A stretch of 64,000 nucleotides of DNA from IMG/VR virus record IMGVR_UViG_3300027708_000023; one strand, given 5' to 3'. The DNA comes from a virus. Within the stretch, counting starts at the first letter, position 1. Each line of letters begins with the position of its first letter. Of the stretch, positions 29,718 to 39,700 are shown piece after piece. The translations under genes were made by a program, and so were the position numbers. The notes below the pieces were generated by a model. The model worked only from the letters and a program-made list of their open reading frames with translations, ran no database searches and was not told where the DNA came from.

Positions 29718-30734
29718 ATGCCTGCCGCAACACACAATTTTCTCCTAGAGCAAGGTTCTGATTTTCAGATTACATTTAGATATCTGGATGAAAATAACAC
29801 TAGTGTTAATATGACCAACTGGTATGTATTATTTAAATTTGTTAGTAATACTGGTCAAATATATACTTTTGATAATATTACTAAAACATCAGACTATTCT
29901 TTGATCGCTTATAGTAATGGAGATATTGTTTTAAATATCCCAGCTCACATTACAAATAATTACTCTTTTGAGACCGCAGTCTATGATCTTGATTTACAGG
30001 AACCTAATGAACAATATTCTGGTAGTGGACTTAAAAGATATAGACTAGCCCAAGGAACCATTACCATAGTCAAAAGAAATACCACAATACCAGCATTTGA
30101 TATTAGAGAGCCTATAGAAGGTCAAATCCTAGATGCCTGCACAATAAATTGTTCTGCTTTTGATTCGTCAATATATAATGGTCCTAGAATTTATATAGTA
30201 GATAATGCGACCAGCACAAGCTCTATCACTATTATGGATAGTAGACCAATAGAAAATGTAGAAATAGGAATAAATGGATTAAACCATAATTCTCCACAAG
30301 ACCTAACCATGTTTCTAGCTCCTCCTTCTGGAGATAAAATACTACTATTTGCCCACCACAAAATATCTAATTATGTTCCTGGTTTTAGTTTTATGTTGTC
30401 CGATAGGGCTTTACCTCAGACTAATGTATCTAATACAAAAAATGGTGGATTGTGTAAGATTATAGATAAAACAAACAGCACAAGATTTGACAATAGTATT
30501 CCAATGACAATCTGCGATAATTCAGGATGTTCAGAAGCAAGAATCCCAATATCCATATCAAATGGCTCCATAACATTGGGGGCTCTTAATAATGAAAATC
30601 TATTAAGTTCTTTTGGCCACCTCAAAGGTTATGTCCCATCCTCTGGAATATGGTCTTTGCACGTCTGTGACAATGATGCTTCTGTATCAGGTCTGATAGA
30701 TAATTGGAAATTAATTATTACTTATCAAGAGTGA
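29718..30734 (+). CDS. Virion protein: BppU-N-like domain plus proprotein-convertase P-domain-like region
   Basis: FLLEQGSDF N-terminus; HNSPQDLTMFLAPPSG...GIWSLHVCD...GLIDNWKL. Confidence 0.7.
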   Translation: MPAATHNFLLEQGSDFQITFRYLDENNTSVNMTNWYVLFKFVSNTGQIYTFDNITKTSDYSLIAYSNGDIVLNIPAHITNNYSFETAVYDLDLQEPNEQYSGSGLKRYRLAQGTITIVKRNTTIPAFDIREPIEGQILDACTINCSAFDSSIYNGPRIYIVDNATSTSSITIMDSRPIENVEIGINGLNHNSPQDLTMFLAPPSGDKILLFAHHKISNYVPGFSFMLSDRALPQTNVSNTKNGGLCKIIDKTNSTRFDNSIPMTICDNSGCSEARIPISISNGSITLGALNNENLLSSFGHLKGYVPSSGIWSLHVCDNDASVSGLIDNWKLIITYQE

Positions 30735-30741
30735 GCTTTAT

Positions 30742-30963
30742 ATGATTTTTGTTCAAACTAACTACAATATAAAAAGTAATCGAACTCAGGTGGATATTCC
30801 TAATGATTTTCAAAATATATCATCCTCATCTGCTCAAGGCATATCTCTTCTAGAACAATTCGTTACCATACAAAGAATTCCTTTTCAGCAACCTTCAGTA
30901 TTATTTCAAAAAGAAGTAGTATCTTTAAACGCCACGAACCAGACTATATCTATTAAGTACTAA
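30742..30963 (+). CDS. Hypothetical protein
   Basis: 73-aa ORF filling an operon gap. Confidence 0.5.
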   Translation: MIFVQTNYNIKSNRTQVDIPNDFQNISSSSAQGISLLEQFVTIQRIPFQQPSVLFQKEVVSLNATNQTISIKY

Positions 30964-30965
30964 AT

Positions 30966-31487
30966 ATGTTTGATAATCTAATTACCCCACAATTTAAACA
31001 AATATTTGATGATGCTATTAATACTATTTTAGCAGAGGGATCTTTGTCTGTTCCTTGTAGGTTGATTTTTGACAAAATGAATAGTCCTGTTATGTGCAAC
31101 AATTGTCAATTTGATCCTATCTCTCATCTTTCAGCAAACATATACAACGGATCTGGACCACTACCTTTCTCTGATGGCCAAACATGTCCAGTATGTATGG
31201 GCGATGGATATAATAATAGTGGAGATGTTAGTGAAATTTTACATTTGGGAGTTATTTTTGATAGCAAGTACTGGTTAAATATACCTCAAAATGGAATAGA
31301 AATAGCTAATGGATCTATACAAACAATATGTTCAAGCTCCTATCTCAACAAATTAAGAAATGCAAAATATTTAGAGATAGTAGAATCTCACGGAGTAGGA
31401 AGCAAGTCATACGACAGAGCAGGAGACCCCAACCTTTGTGGTTTCGGTAATACAAACTATTGCATAACAATGTGGACCAGCAAATGA
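30966..31487 (+). CDS. Putative head-closure protein with CxxC pairs
   Basis: CNNC and CPVCMGDG; position in the neck module. Confidence 0.55.
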   Translation: MFDNLITPQFKQIFDDAINTILAEGSLSVPCRLIFDKMNSPVMCNNCQFDPISHLSANIYNGSGPLPFSDGQTCPVCMGDGYNNSGDVSEILHLGVIFDSKYWLNIPQNGIEIANGSIQTICSSSYLNKLRNAKYLEIVESHGVGSKSYDRAGDPNLCGFGNTNYCITMWTSK

Positions 31488-32128
31488 ACTTTGATATTAT
31501 CATCATGGAATCTGATAGTGAAATTAGATCGCTCATTTTAGAAGCGATGAGAAGTCATTTAGATATTGCTTTTAATAAGTCTATTTCAGAGATTAGAGAA
31601 GAAATCAAGAAAATATTTATAGAAGGACTTAAAAAAGAACCAGAATATGAGTCCTTAATGTCCGGTTCACTAAAGTTTGAGTTTGGCATCCCAGACTCTA
31701 CTGCTATAGACAGAGTTATCGTTCTTATGGCAGATACACTAGAAATAAATAAAGTTCCAATTACTGCTTCTAATTTTGGTCTTACTGGTGGATATAAAAT
31801 GACCATGATTAAATCAGATGACATTAATGGAATTATTAAGGATGAAGCAGCTACGGTACAGGATGATGCTAGGGGATATGTTTTACCTTGGTTAGATTGG
31901 TTATTGTTTCAATCCAATAAGCCCATAGTTAAAGACTTTGAGGTTAGATTGGGACCTAATAATAATTCGCGTACAGGAATGGCTATTATGGTTGATTCTA
32001 ATAAAAACTGGAGAGTTCCTCCTCAGTTTGCCGGTTCGATAACAAACAACTGGACAACAAGAGCCATAGAGAATATGGAAAAAGATATTTTAAAAATCAT
32101 GCAAACCAGTATTGAAAAGAACATTTAA
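31484..32128 (+). CDS. Putative neck/tail-completion protein (probable start 31484)
   Basis: ATGA overlap; LPWLDWLL..SRTGMAIM..WRVPP..NWTTRAI. Confidence 0.55.
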   Translation: MNFDIIIMESDSEIRSLILEAMRSHLDIAFNKSISEIREEIKKIFIEGLKKEPEYESLMSGSLKFEFGIPDSTAIDRVIVLMADTLEINKVPITASNFGLTGGYKMTMIKSDDINGIIKDEAATVQDDARGYVLPWLDWLLFQSNKPIVKDFEVRLGPNNNSRTGMAIMVDSNKNWRVPPQFAGSITNNWTTRAIENMEKDILKIMQTSIEKNI

Positions 32129-32129
32129 T

Positions 32130-33083
32130 ATGACTGAAGATTATACAAAATTTAATTATATCACTAGTATTCGTAATAAAAATTCTATCTCTCAAGTAGA
32201 AGATAATCTAAAGCATTTTTTAGATTGGTCTTTTTTACAGATAGATGGTTATGTTAATGTTAATCAATCATCAGCTTCACAGTCTGGTTTATATACTCTC
32301 AGACCACAACCCCAAGTAACAGGAACCTCTGTTGGATCTCAGGCAAAAACTTGGGAAGGCCCTGTAAAAGATTGGATTTACGAAGATACATCAATCCTCG
32401 ATCCTGCTAAAAATATTAATCATATTTCTGGAGTATCTTTAAATAATACCTTTTTGCCAGCGCCAACAGGTAGTGGTAATTATGGATATTATATTGATTA
32501 TCCTTTGGGAAGAATAGTTTTTAATAATGCCATTAACTCTAATAGTAATATTAAACTTGATTATGCATATAGATATATCCAAGTATATAAATCTAATGAG
32601 GCAATGTGGTGGAAAGAATTATCTGATATTATTTATACGACTAAAGATAATAATTCGTATAGTACTCTATTATCTGGTCATAAAGTTCAACTTCCATTTT
32701 TAATTATAGAACCTGTCGCTAGAATTAACCAAGAAGCTTATGAGCTTGGGAATGCTAAAAATATGATATCTCAAGATATTTTATTACATGTTTTTACAGA
32801 AAACACCACTCAAAGATCCATCATAACTGACATTTTATTATCACAAAAAGACAAATCTTTAATTTTATATGATGTTAATAAAGTGGTCAAAAATGCAGTT
32901 TATCCCTTAAATTATAGGGGAGAAAAGAATATTAATGGTCTTACTTATTCTCAACTAGTAACAAACCCTGATTATCAGCACCAAACGTCATATATTAAAT
33001 CGGCTGACTTGGCAGAACTCAACAATTTTACGTCATCATTGTACAATGGAATTGTTCGTTGGAACTTAAAAATTTTTCCTTGA
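32130..33083 (+). CDS. Putative tail terminator/completion protein
   Basis: Immediately before the tail tube; VQLPFLIIE, YELGN, QDILLHVF. Confidence 0.55.
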   Translation: MTEDYTKFNYITSIRNKNSISQVEDNLKHFLDWSFLQIDGYVNVNQSSASQSGLYTLRPQPQVTGTSVGSQAKTWEGPVKDWIYEDTSILDPAKNINHISGVSLNNTFLPAPTGSGNYGYYIDYPLGRIVFNNAINSNSNIKLDYAYRYIQVYKSNEAMWWKELSDIIYTTKDNNSYSTLLSGHKVQLPFLIIEPVARINQEAYELGNAKNMISQDILLHVFTENTTQRSIITDILLSQKDKSLILYDVNKVVKNAVYPLNYRGEKNINGLTYSQLVTNPDYQHQTSYIKSADLAELNNFTSSLYNGIVRWNLKIFP

Positions 33084-33185
33084 TTCCTTTTTTTTGGTGT
33101 AAAACAGAATAGTCAATTAGCGTCGTCACCAGACTAAAGAATTAAAAGAGTCCTTTTCAACCAACACGATATCGGAGATTCTAAA

Positions 33186-34208
33186 ATGGCAAATAAAAGA
33201 ATTTATTACGCAACACAATCAGTTCAACTACAGCCGGTTAAGGCTGAAACAGGTGGCACTTTTACTCTAGGTACTTACGTTTCTCCCAAGGGTCTCCAAA
33301 GTGTTGGAATGACCACAAACTTTAATCTAACCCAGCTATTCGAGCTTGGTCAGCAAGACCTTTATGATAACGTTGAGGGCGTTCCTGAAGTAGAAGTTAC
33401 ACTACAAAAAACTCTTGATGGAACTATGCCTCTTTATCTGCTATGCATGGGTGGAACAAACGGTGGTGGCTCTGGCGGAAGTATTGGTTCACTAGCCAAT
33501 AATCGTGTTAACTTTAAATTAGGTATTTTTGACGATACCAAAACTGCCGCCGAAGGTGCCACAAGCACTGCCGTTGAATGCACAGGCATGTATTTGTCCA
33601 GTATTGGCTATACATTCCCATTAGATGGTTTTTCCACAGAAGACGTCACCCTTGTTGGCAACAGCAAGAAATGGACTGCTAGTATGACGGGTGGATTCAA
33701 TGAAAGTACTCCACAAACTGCCAAGACTGCTATTCGCAGATTGAATGTCAATATTGCTGGTTCAACAATTCCAGGAGATATTCCAAATCCAGCCGGTGGT
33801 GGAAGCCCTCACTTTCAGAGTATCAATGTAAAAGCTAATCTTGGAAGAGAAGCCATCAATGAACTTGGCAAGATGGCTCCATACTGCCGTTATGTCAAGT
33901 TTCCACTAGAGATCACATCAGAGTTTGTTATCACAGCAACAGACGGAGATAAAGTAACAGCTGACGACATGATCAGTTACGGTGCTTGTTCAGCTTTCAA
34001 GAATCTAACAGACCGTCAGATTACTATTGCTGTTTGTGGTAGTGGTACTGGAGATACCATGAGCATTAATCTTGGACCCAAGAACAAGCTAACAAGCGTT
34101 AACTATACTGGTGGAGATACTGGTGGCGGAAATGCTCAGGTAACATATAGCTACCAGACATTTAACTCCCTTACTGTTACTGTTGCTGGTAGTTTTGCCT
34201 CTGTCTGA
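33186..34208 (+). CDS. Major tail (tube) protein
   Basis: GLQSVGMTTNFNL..FELGQ..Y; highly expressed-type codon usage; late motif upstream. Confidence 0.75.
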   Translation: MANKRIYYATQSVQLQPVKAETGGTFTLGTYVSPKGLQSVGMTTNFNLTQLFELGQQDLYDNVEGVPEVEVTLQKTLDGTMPLYLLCMGGTNGGGSGGSIGSLANNRVNFKLGIFDDTKTAAEGATSTAVECTGMYLSSIGYTFPLDGFSTEDVTLVGNSKKWTASMTGGFNESTPQTAKTAIRRLNVNIAGSTIPGDIPNPAGGGSPHFQSINVKANLGREAINELGKMAPYCRYVKFPLEITSEFVITATDGDKVTADDMISYGACSAFKNLTDRQITIAVCGSGTGDTMSINLGPKNKLTSVNYTGGDTGGGNAQVTYSYQTFNSLTVTVAGSFASV

Positions 34209-34248
34209 TAGACAATTATAATTATAGGGATATGGTTCGAGGACTAAA

Positions 34249-34401
34249 ATGGATAATAATGACGAACTTTTTAATATGGTAGGACGGCTGTATGTGGATG
34301 TTTATAATTCTCACAAAGTTATAGACATTCTACAACAGCAACTAAAATCCAAGGATCAAGAAATAAGGGAACTCAAACAGCCCAAGGAATCAGATGAATG
34401 A
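34249..34401 (+). CDS. Small coiled-coil protein (50 aa, MDNNDELFNMVGRLYVD...), absent from the ORF track
   Basis: GAGGA RBS, ATG 34249, TGA 34399-34401. Confidence 0.55.
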   Translation: MDNNDELFNMVGRLYVDVYNSHKVIDILQQQLKSKDQEIRELKQPKESDE

Positions 34402-35440
34402 TGCTGACATTGAACTCTATCTTTATAGAATCCTTTGTGGCTATCTTATCTTTTCTTATGATAACGAAAGATACGAACTCAGATATGCTTCTAATGTTCT
34501 AAAATACGAAGCGTCCATATTGTATGATAATATACTGAACGATGAAAAATATAATGAATGGATCAGAGAAGAATATTTAATTAGGATTATGATTAATTTA
34601 GGATTATGGGAAAAAAATACGGAAAAAGTAATCTCTCAACTGGAAAAAACAATAGATAATTTGAAAGTGGATATATTTAAAAACTACATGAATAAAGATA
34701 TGGTTAATAATATAAGACCCAAAATAAGATCTATGGAAGGTCAGCTGGGTAGAGTTTTAAAGACCAAGAATGATTTCCATTCTAATACTTTGGAAGGTTA
34801 CGCATCATCAATCAAAAATGAATTCCTTATCTGTAATACGTTGTACAAAAATAATAAACTTGTTTTTAAAGATACAGCCAATAATAACTCTAAATCTTAT
34901 CAGTATTTTAATAATTTAATTCATGCTATTAATGAACATACCATTAGTATGGCAGATTTTAGAAACATAGCCCGAAGTAATGCTTGGAGATCTTACTGGA
35001 ACGCTAATAAGGATAATGTTTTTAGCTCTCAGGTGGCTGACTGGACTGATGAACAAAAAAGTTTAGTCAATATTAGTAAAATGTATGATAGCGTATATGC
35101 TCACCCAGAATGTCCTGATCAGACCGTGATTAATGATGACGATTTCTTAGATGGTTGGATGATTCATCAAAAGCGAAAAATAGAAAAACAAAAAACCGAA
35201 CAGTCTATTGACATGGCTAATCCAAGATTAAGAAATGCTCAAGAAGTATTTGTACTATCAAATAATGAAGAAGATGCTGAAAATGTGTTTGGCTTGAATA
35301 GTGGAGAAGGTATGCATAGAATGAAAGAAAAATTTGCCATGATTCGAGAAGCTAAGGAAGTAGACGATTTAGATTTGCCAGATGTTAAAAGAGAAGCTGT
35401 AAATCAACTGAATTCTATGCTAAAACAAAGGAAATCATAA
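34394..35440 (+). CDS. Putative tail assembly chaperone
   Basis: Between tube and TMP; MYDSVYAHPECPD..VINDDDFLDGW. Confidence 0.55.
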   Translation: MNDADIELYLYRILCGYLIFSYDNERYELRYASNVLKYEASILYDNILNDEKYNEWIREEYLIRIMINLGLWEKNTEKVISQLEKTIDNLKVDIFKNYMNKDMVNNIRPKIRSMEGQLGRVLKTKNDFHSNTLEGYASSIKNEFLICNTLYKNNKLVFKDTANNNSKSYQYFNNLIHAINEHTISMADFRNIARSNAWRSYWNANKDNVFSSQVADWTDEQKSLVNISKMYDSVYAHPECPDQTVINDDDFLDGWMIHQKRKIEKQKTEQSIDMANPRLRNAQEVFVLSNNEEDAENVFGLNSGEGMHRMKEKFAMIREAKEVDDLDLPDVKREAVNQLNSMLKQRKS

Positions 35441-35441
35441 T

Positions 35442-35756
35442 ATGCACAACGAAGAACAAGAAATCTTTAAGAACATAGAGACCAGACTAAAGACTACTAT
35501 GATAGGATCTTTAGCTAAATTTGAAGAATATTTTGGTCATTTATGGGAAGAAGATAATAAAAATAGATTAGAATATGAGAACTTGTGGGAACAGACTCGT
35601 ACTTCTATATTAAATAATGGCAATAATCAGATTCGACTAGCTCTAGATGAGCTAGAAGATTTTTTGGATAGGAACTCAAAACCAGGACCTAAGACTAGTG
35701 CTTTTAAACAGAAATATCGATATAAGTTTTATTTTAAAAACGGAGAAGATCAATGA
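35442..35756 (+). CDS. Hypothetical protein
   Basis: 104-aa operon ORF. Confidence 0.65.
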   Translation: MHNEEQEIFKNIETRLKTTMIGSLAKFEEYFGHLWEEDNKNRLEYENLWEQTRTSILNNGNNQIRLALDELEDFLDRNSKPGPKTSAFKQKYRYKFYFKNGEDQ

Positions 35757-36628
35757 AGACAAAAACTTTTACTGCGACCGTAGATGGTGTTGAGAAGGAA
35801 TTTTTAGTTCGTAGCCCCTCCCTAACAGACCAGAGAGAAGGACAAAAGGTATATAATCAAGCCTTTACCGATGCTGTAAAGTCGAAGAGTGTGGTTAGGG
35901 CGAAGCTAGACGATCTGCTACAGGACCAAGGACTATGGAATGACGAGAAACAGGCCAAGTTCACGGCACTTCAAAGAGAACTCCTAGACGGAGAAAAGAA
36001 ACTAGCAAAGGGTGGCTTCAGTTTAAATGAGGCTAAAGACCTAGCAGTTAAGATGCGCCGAACACGAGAAGAGATTCGAGATCTTATTAGTGTTAGAACT
36101 TCTCTGGATAATCATAGTGCTGAAGGTCAAGCAGATAATGCTAGGTTTAACTATCTTGTATCAGCATGTTTGGTGTATAATGATACTAAGCAAACATATT
36201 TTTCGAACATGGAAGACTACCTTAATCGTGCAGGAGAATCAATTTCAGTATTAGCTGCTCAAAATTTGGCTAATATGTTATATGGTCTTGATAATGATTA
36301 TGAGTCAACATTGCCAGAAAATAAGTTTTTGAAAAAGTACAGGTTTGTTGACGACAAACTAAGATTGGTGGATAAGAAAGGACGACTAATCGATAGTGAA
36401 GGAAGACTAATCGATGAGACTGGACGATATATTGATGATCAGGGTAGTTTTGTTGACAAGTTTGGCAATAAAGTAGACGCACAAGGAGACTATGTTGTTG
36501 AAGCGAAACCATTCCTGGATGATAGTGGGAACCCCATCGTTCTTGACGAGGATGTTAAGCCTGACACTGTTGTGTCCAGCGATGCTCCACCTACAACAAC
36601 AGATAGTGTCACACCACCCGCAGCGTAA
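35753..36628 (+). CDS. Putative tail assembly chaperone with DxxG beta-hairpin repeats
   Basis: Directly before the TMP; RLVDKKGRLIDSEGRLIDETGRYIDDQG repeats. Confidence 0.55.
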   Translation: MKTKTFTATVDGVEKEFLVRSPSLTDQREGQKVYNQAFTDAVKSKSVVRAKLDDLLQDQGLWNDEKQAKFTALQRELLDGEKKLAKGGFSLNEAKDLAVKMRRTREEIRDLISVRTSLDNHSAEGQADNARFNYLVSACLVYNDTKQTYFSNMEDYLNRAGESISVLAAQNLANMLYGLDNDYESTLPENKFLKKYRFVDDKLRLVDKKGRLIDSEGRLIDETGRYIDDQGSFVDKFGNKVDAQGDYVVEAKPFLDDSGNPIVLDEDVKPDTVVSSDAPPTTTDSVTPPAA

Positions 36629-36659
36629 TAGTTTTTGGTTAATTATCTTCTCTGGCATT

Positions 36660-36690
36660 ATCCCCTCTCAGGCAACTGTTTGGGGATTTT
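36660..36690 (+). terminator. Terminator-like hairpin just upstream of the TMP gene
   Basis: ATCCCC-tct-CAG-GCAA-CTG-ttt-GGGGAT followed by TTT. Confidence 0.5.
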
Positions 36691-36712
36691 GCTTTCTATA
36701 GGGACAAAATAA

Positions 36713-39700
36713 ATGGCAGCATTTAATTTAACAGCACAACTAAATCTCAAGGGACCATCTAATATTGGATCAATAGTATCCAGTATTAAAAATCAACTTG
36801 GGAATATCAATACTACAGTTAAGTTTACTCTTGATCCTAATGCGGCCAAGAATGTATCACAGTTGGATGCCTCTTTAAAATCTCTTAATCAAACATTTAA
36901 AGACACCCAAGTATCAGCAACAGCGGCAGCAACGGCCGTATCCAAATTTACTTCAGCCATGAGCCAGGGTAATTCTGTTAGTCAATATAGTAATCAATTA
37001 AACCAAGCCAACCAAGCTGCTAAAAATCTATCTAGTACTCAAGCAGCGACATCTCAAGCAATACAAGAATCTTCTTCTAGTATGCAAGAGTTCGGCAAGC
37101 AAGCTGGTTTGGCGGTAAGAAGATTTGCTGCATTTAGCAGTGTTACAAGTGTTATTTATGGACTAGTTAGTGCTGTTGGTAAAGGAACATCAGAATTTAT
37201 CTCTTTTGATAAAGAGTTTGTTAAACTACAGCAAGTTACTGGAGAAAGTGCTGAAGGATTAAAATCTTTGGGCAGAGTAATTACTAGTTTATCTGCTGGT
37301 CTTGGAACATCATCAGCAGAGTTGGTGGATATTGCTTCTACATTAGCACAGGCAGGCTTGAGTGCTAGAGATACAGAAAAAGCCCTTAAAGCATTAGCAT
37401 TAAGTTCGCTAGCTCCATCTTTTGATAGCATGAATGAAACGGTCGAAGGATCTATTGCTTTGATGAGACAGTTTGATATTAGTGCTAGCGACCTGGAAAA
37501 AGCACTCGGCGCGGTCAACTCAGTAGCTGCTAAGTTTGCTGTAGAAGCCAGCGACATTATTACTGCCATTCAAAGAACCGGTGGTGTGTTTGCTACAGCA
37601 AGCAAAGGAGTTAGTGAAGGAACAGACGCTCTAAATGAATTTATTGCAGTATTTACTAGCGTACGAGCCACAACTCGTGAAAGCGCAGAAACTATTGCAA
37701 CAGGTTTAAGAACAATATTTACTAGAATTCAAAGAGAAAGTACTATTGATGCTCTTAAGGAATATGGAGTTAATCTACAAAATCTTGACGGTAAATTTGT
37801 TGGAGCTTATAAATCGGTAGAATTACTTTCTCAAGGACTATCAAGATTAGACCCTAGAGATGTTAAATTTTCCAAAATCATTGAAGAACTTGGTGGTTTC
37901 CGACAGATTGGCAAAGTTATCCCTTTGATCCAAGAATTCTCTACTGCACAACAAGCATTGTCGGTTGCTCAACAGGGACAAGGCTCGCTAGCCACAGATG
38001 CTGCCAAAGCACAACTATCATTAGCTAATCAAATTGCCAAAACAAGAGAAGAATTTTTAGCACTATTCAGAGATATAGGATCGTCTAATACTTTTCAAAC
38101 AATGGTTACTGGAGCTTTGCAGCTAACAAGCGCCTTAATCAAGGTTGTCGGGGCTGCTAAAGGCTTGCTACCAATGTTTACTGCCATTGCTGCTGTACAA
38201 GGAGCCAAAGCAATATCCCGATTTGCCGGAGGATTATATGAAGGACTATCTGGTGGAGGTAAAGATTCTTCAAAGAAAGGATTTGCTACCGGAGGTTTGG
38301 TTCCTGGAGTAGGAGATAGTGATAGTGTTCCGGCAATGCTTACTCCCGGAGAGTTTGTTGTTCGTAAAGCAGCCGTAAAAGCTATGGGCGTTAATAAATT
38401 ACATAGCATGAATAAATATGGTAGTGGTGGGAAAATAGAAACCTTTACAGTGGAGCAGTTGGCAAAAGCAGGTGGTCCCGAGACTATTTTTGAATTTGCT
38501 AAAAAGAAAAAAGACATAGAACTAGATGATAAAGTTACTGGTAAAATTAATAAAATAGAACCAAATCTTGGGCCAAAAGATTTTAAAGAAATTATTAGTA
38601 GATCTGAAGCTATTGCTAATGAGTCTGCTGGAGGAAAAAGCTCATATAGAGATTTAGAACTAACCCAAGAAAATAAACAAAATTATCTAGATGTTTATTT
38701 TGGTAAGGGTTCTAATAAAAGAAAATGGAATCCACAAGCAAGCCTATGGAAAAGCGCAGAAAAGAGGTGGGGATCAGCTTTTGAAGACTATATTGTAGCT
38801 CATTCAGACGATCAGTTAGAATCTGTTGCAGGAGGCAATTTCCCTATTGATGTTAGAAGAAAAAGAGGCAAAGCCCCCGCAGAAGTTAAATTTAGATCTG
38901 TTGAAGAAGAACCAGAGACTTTAATTAGTAAATTATTTAGATATAAGATCAAATCATCAGAACAAAAATTACTATCTCAATTTACAGAAGCAAGAAAAGA
39001 TAAAATAGATGATATTCAAGTAGGAAATATTGATTATTATCGTGCAGCAGAATCTAAACATAAATTTTATGAGTATTTATTTGATCATCCTGATGCTTAT
39101 CAGAAATTTGCAGATGGTGGCTGGGTTAAAAGAATGCAGCAGCAACCCATTAATAAACTTAAAGACGAACTAGGATTACTTGATTCTACATTGGAGTTAT
39201 TTGGTTTTCAAAGAAAGGTTCCAATTAGCACATTCAGTAAATCGGCCCCTTTCATGGAAGATGCTGGGAAAAAAGAAGTTAAAGAAAGAATAGACGCGAT
39301 CCAAAAGTTCCTAGCTGCTAAAGAACCACAAAAGGGAAAAGAAGTTGAGAAAGAAATAACTTTACCAAAAGCTCCATCTAACATTTCAGATCATCTTAAA
39401 TCGTTAATTGCAGAAAATAAAACATATGAAATAACAAGAGGAGTTTATGGGGGTGTTGTTAAACAAGCATTAAATGAAGCATATAGGGGAAATTTGGGTC
39501 CTGGTAATAAACAAGAAAATATAGATAAGGTTGGACCAAAAAGTATAGTTAGATACAATCCAGACAGAGAATACGTTGATGTTCCTTTGAGCGTGTTAGA
39601 AAATGATGTCAAATATATTGATAAAGTTAAAAGTTTAGAAGGTAGAGATGTTGAAAATCTAACTGCTAATAAAGGCTATAGCGTTAGTGATATGCTAGAT

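Noticed and set aside
36492-36701. Possible frameshifted tail-chaperone extension (G/GT type)
   Set aside because: The ORF is in the +1 frame, I saw no convincing slippery heptamer, it runs through the terminator hairpin, and the translation looks non-coding.
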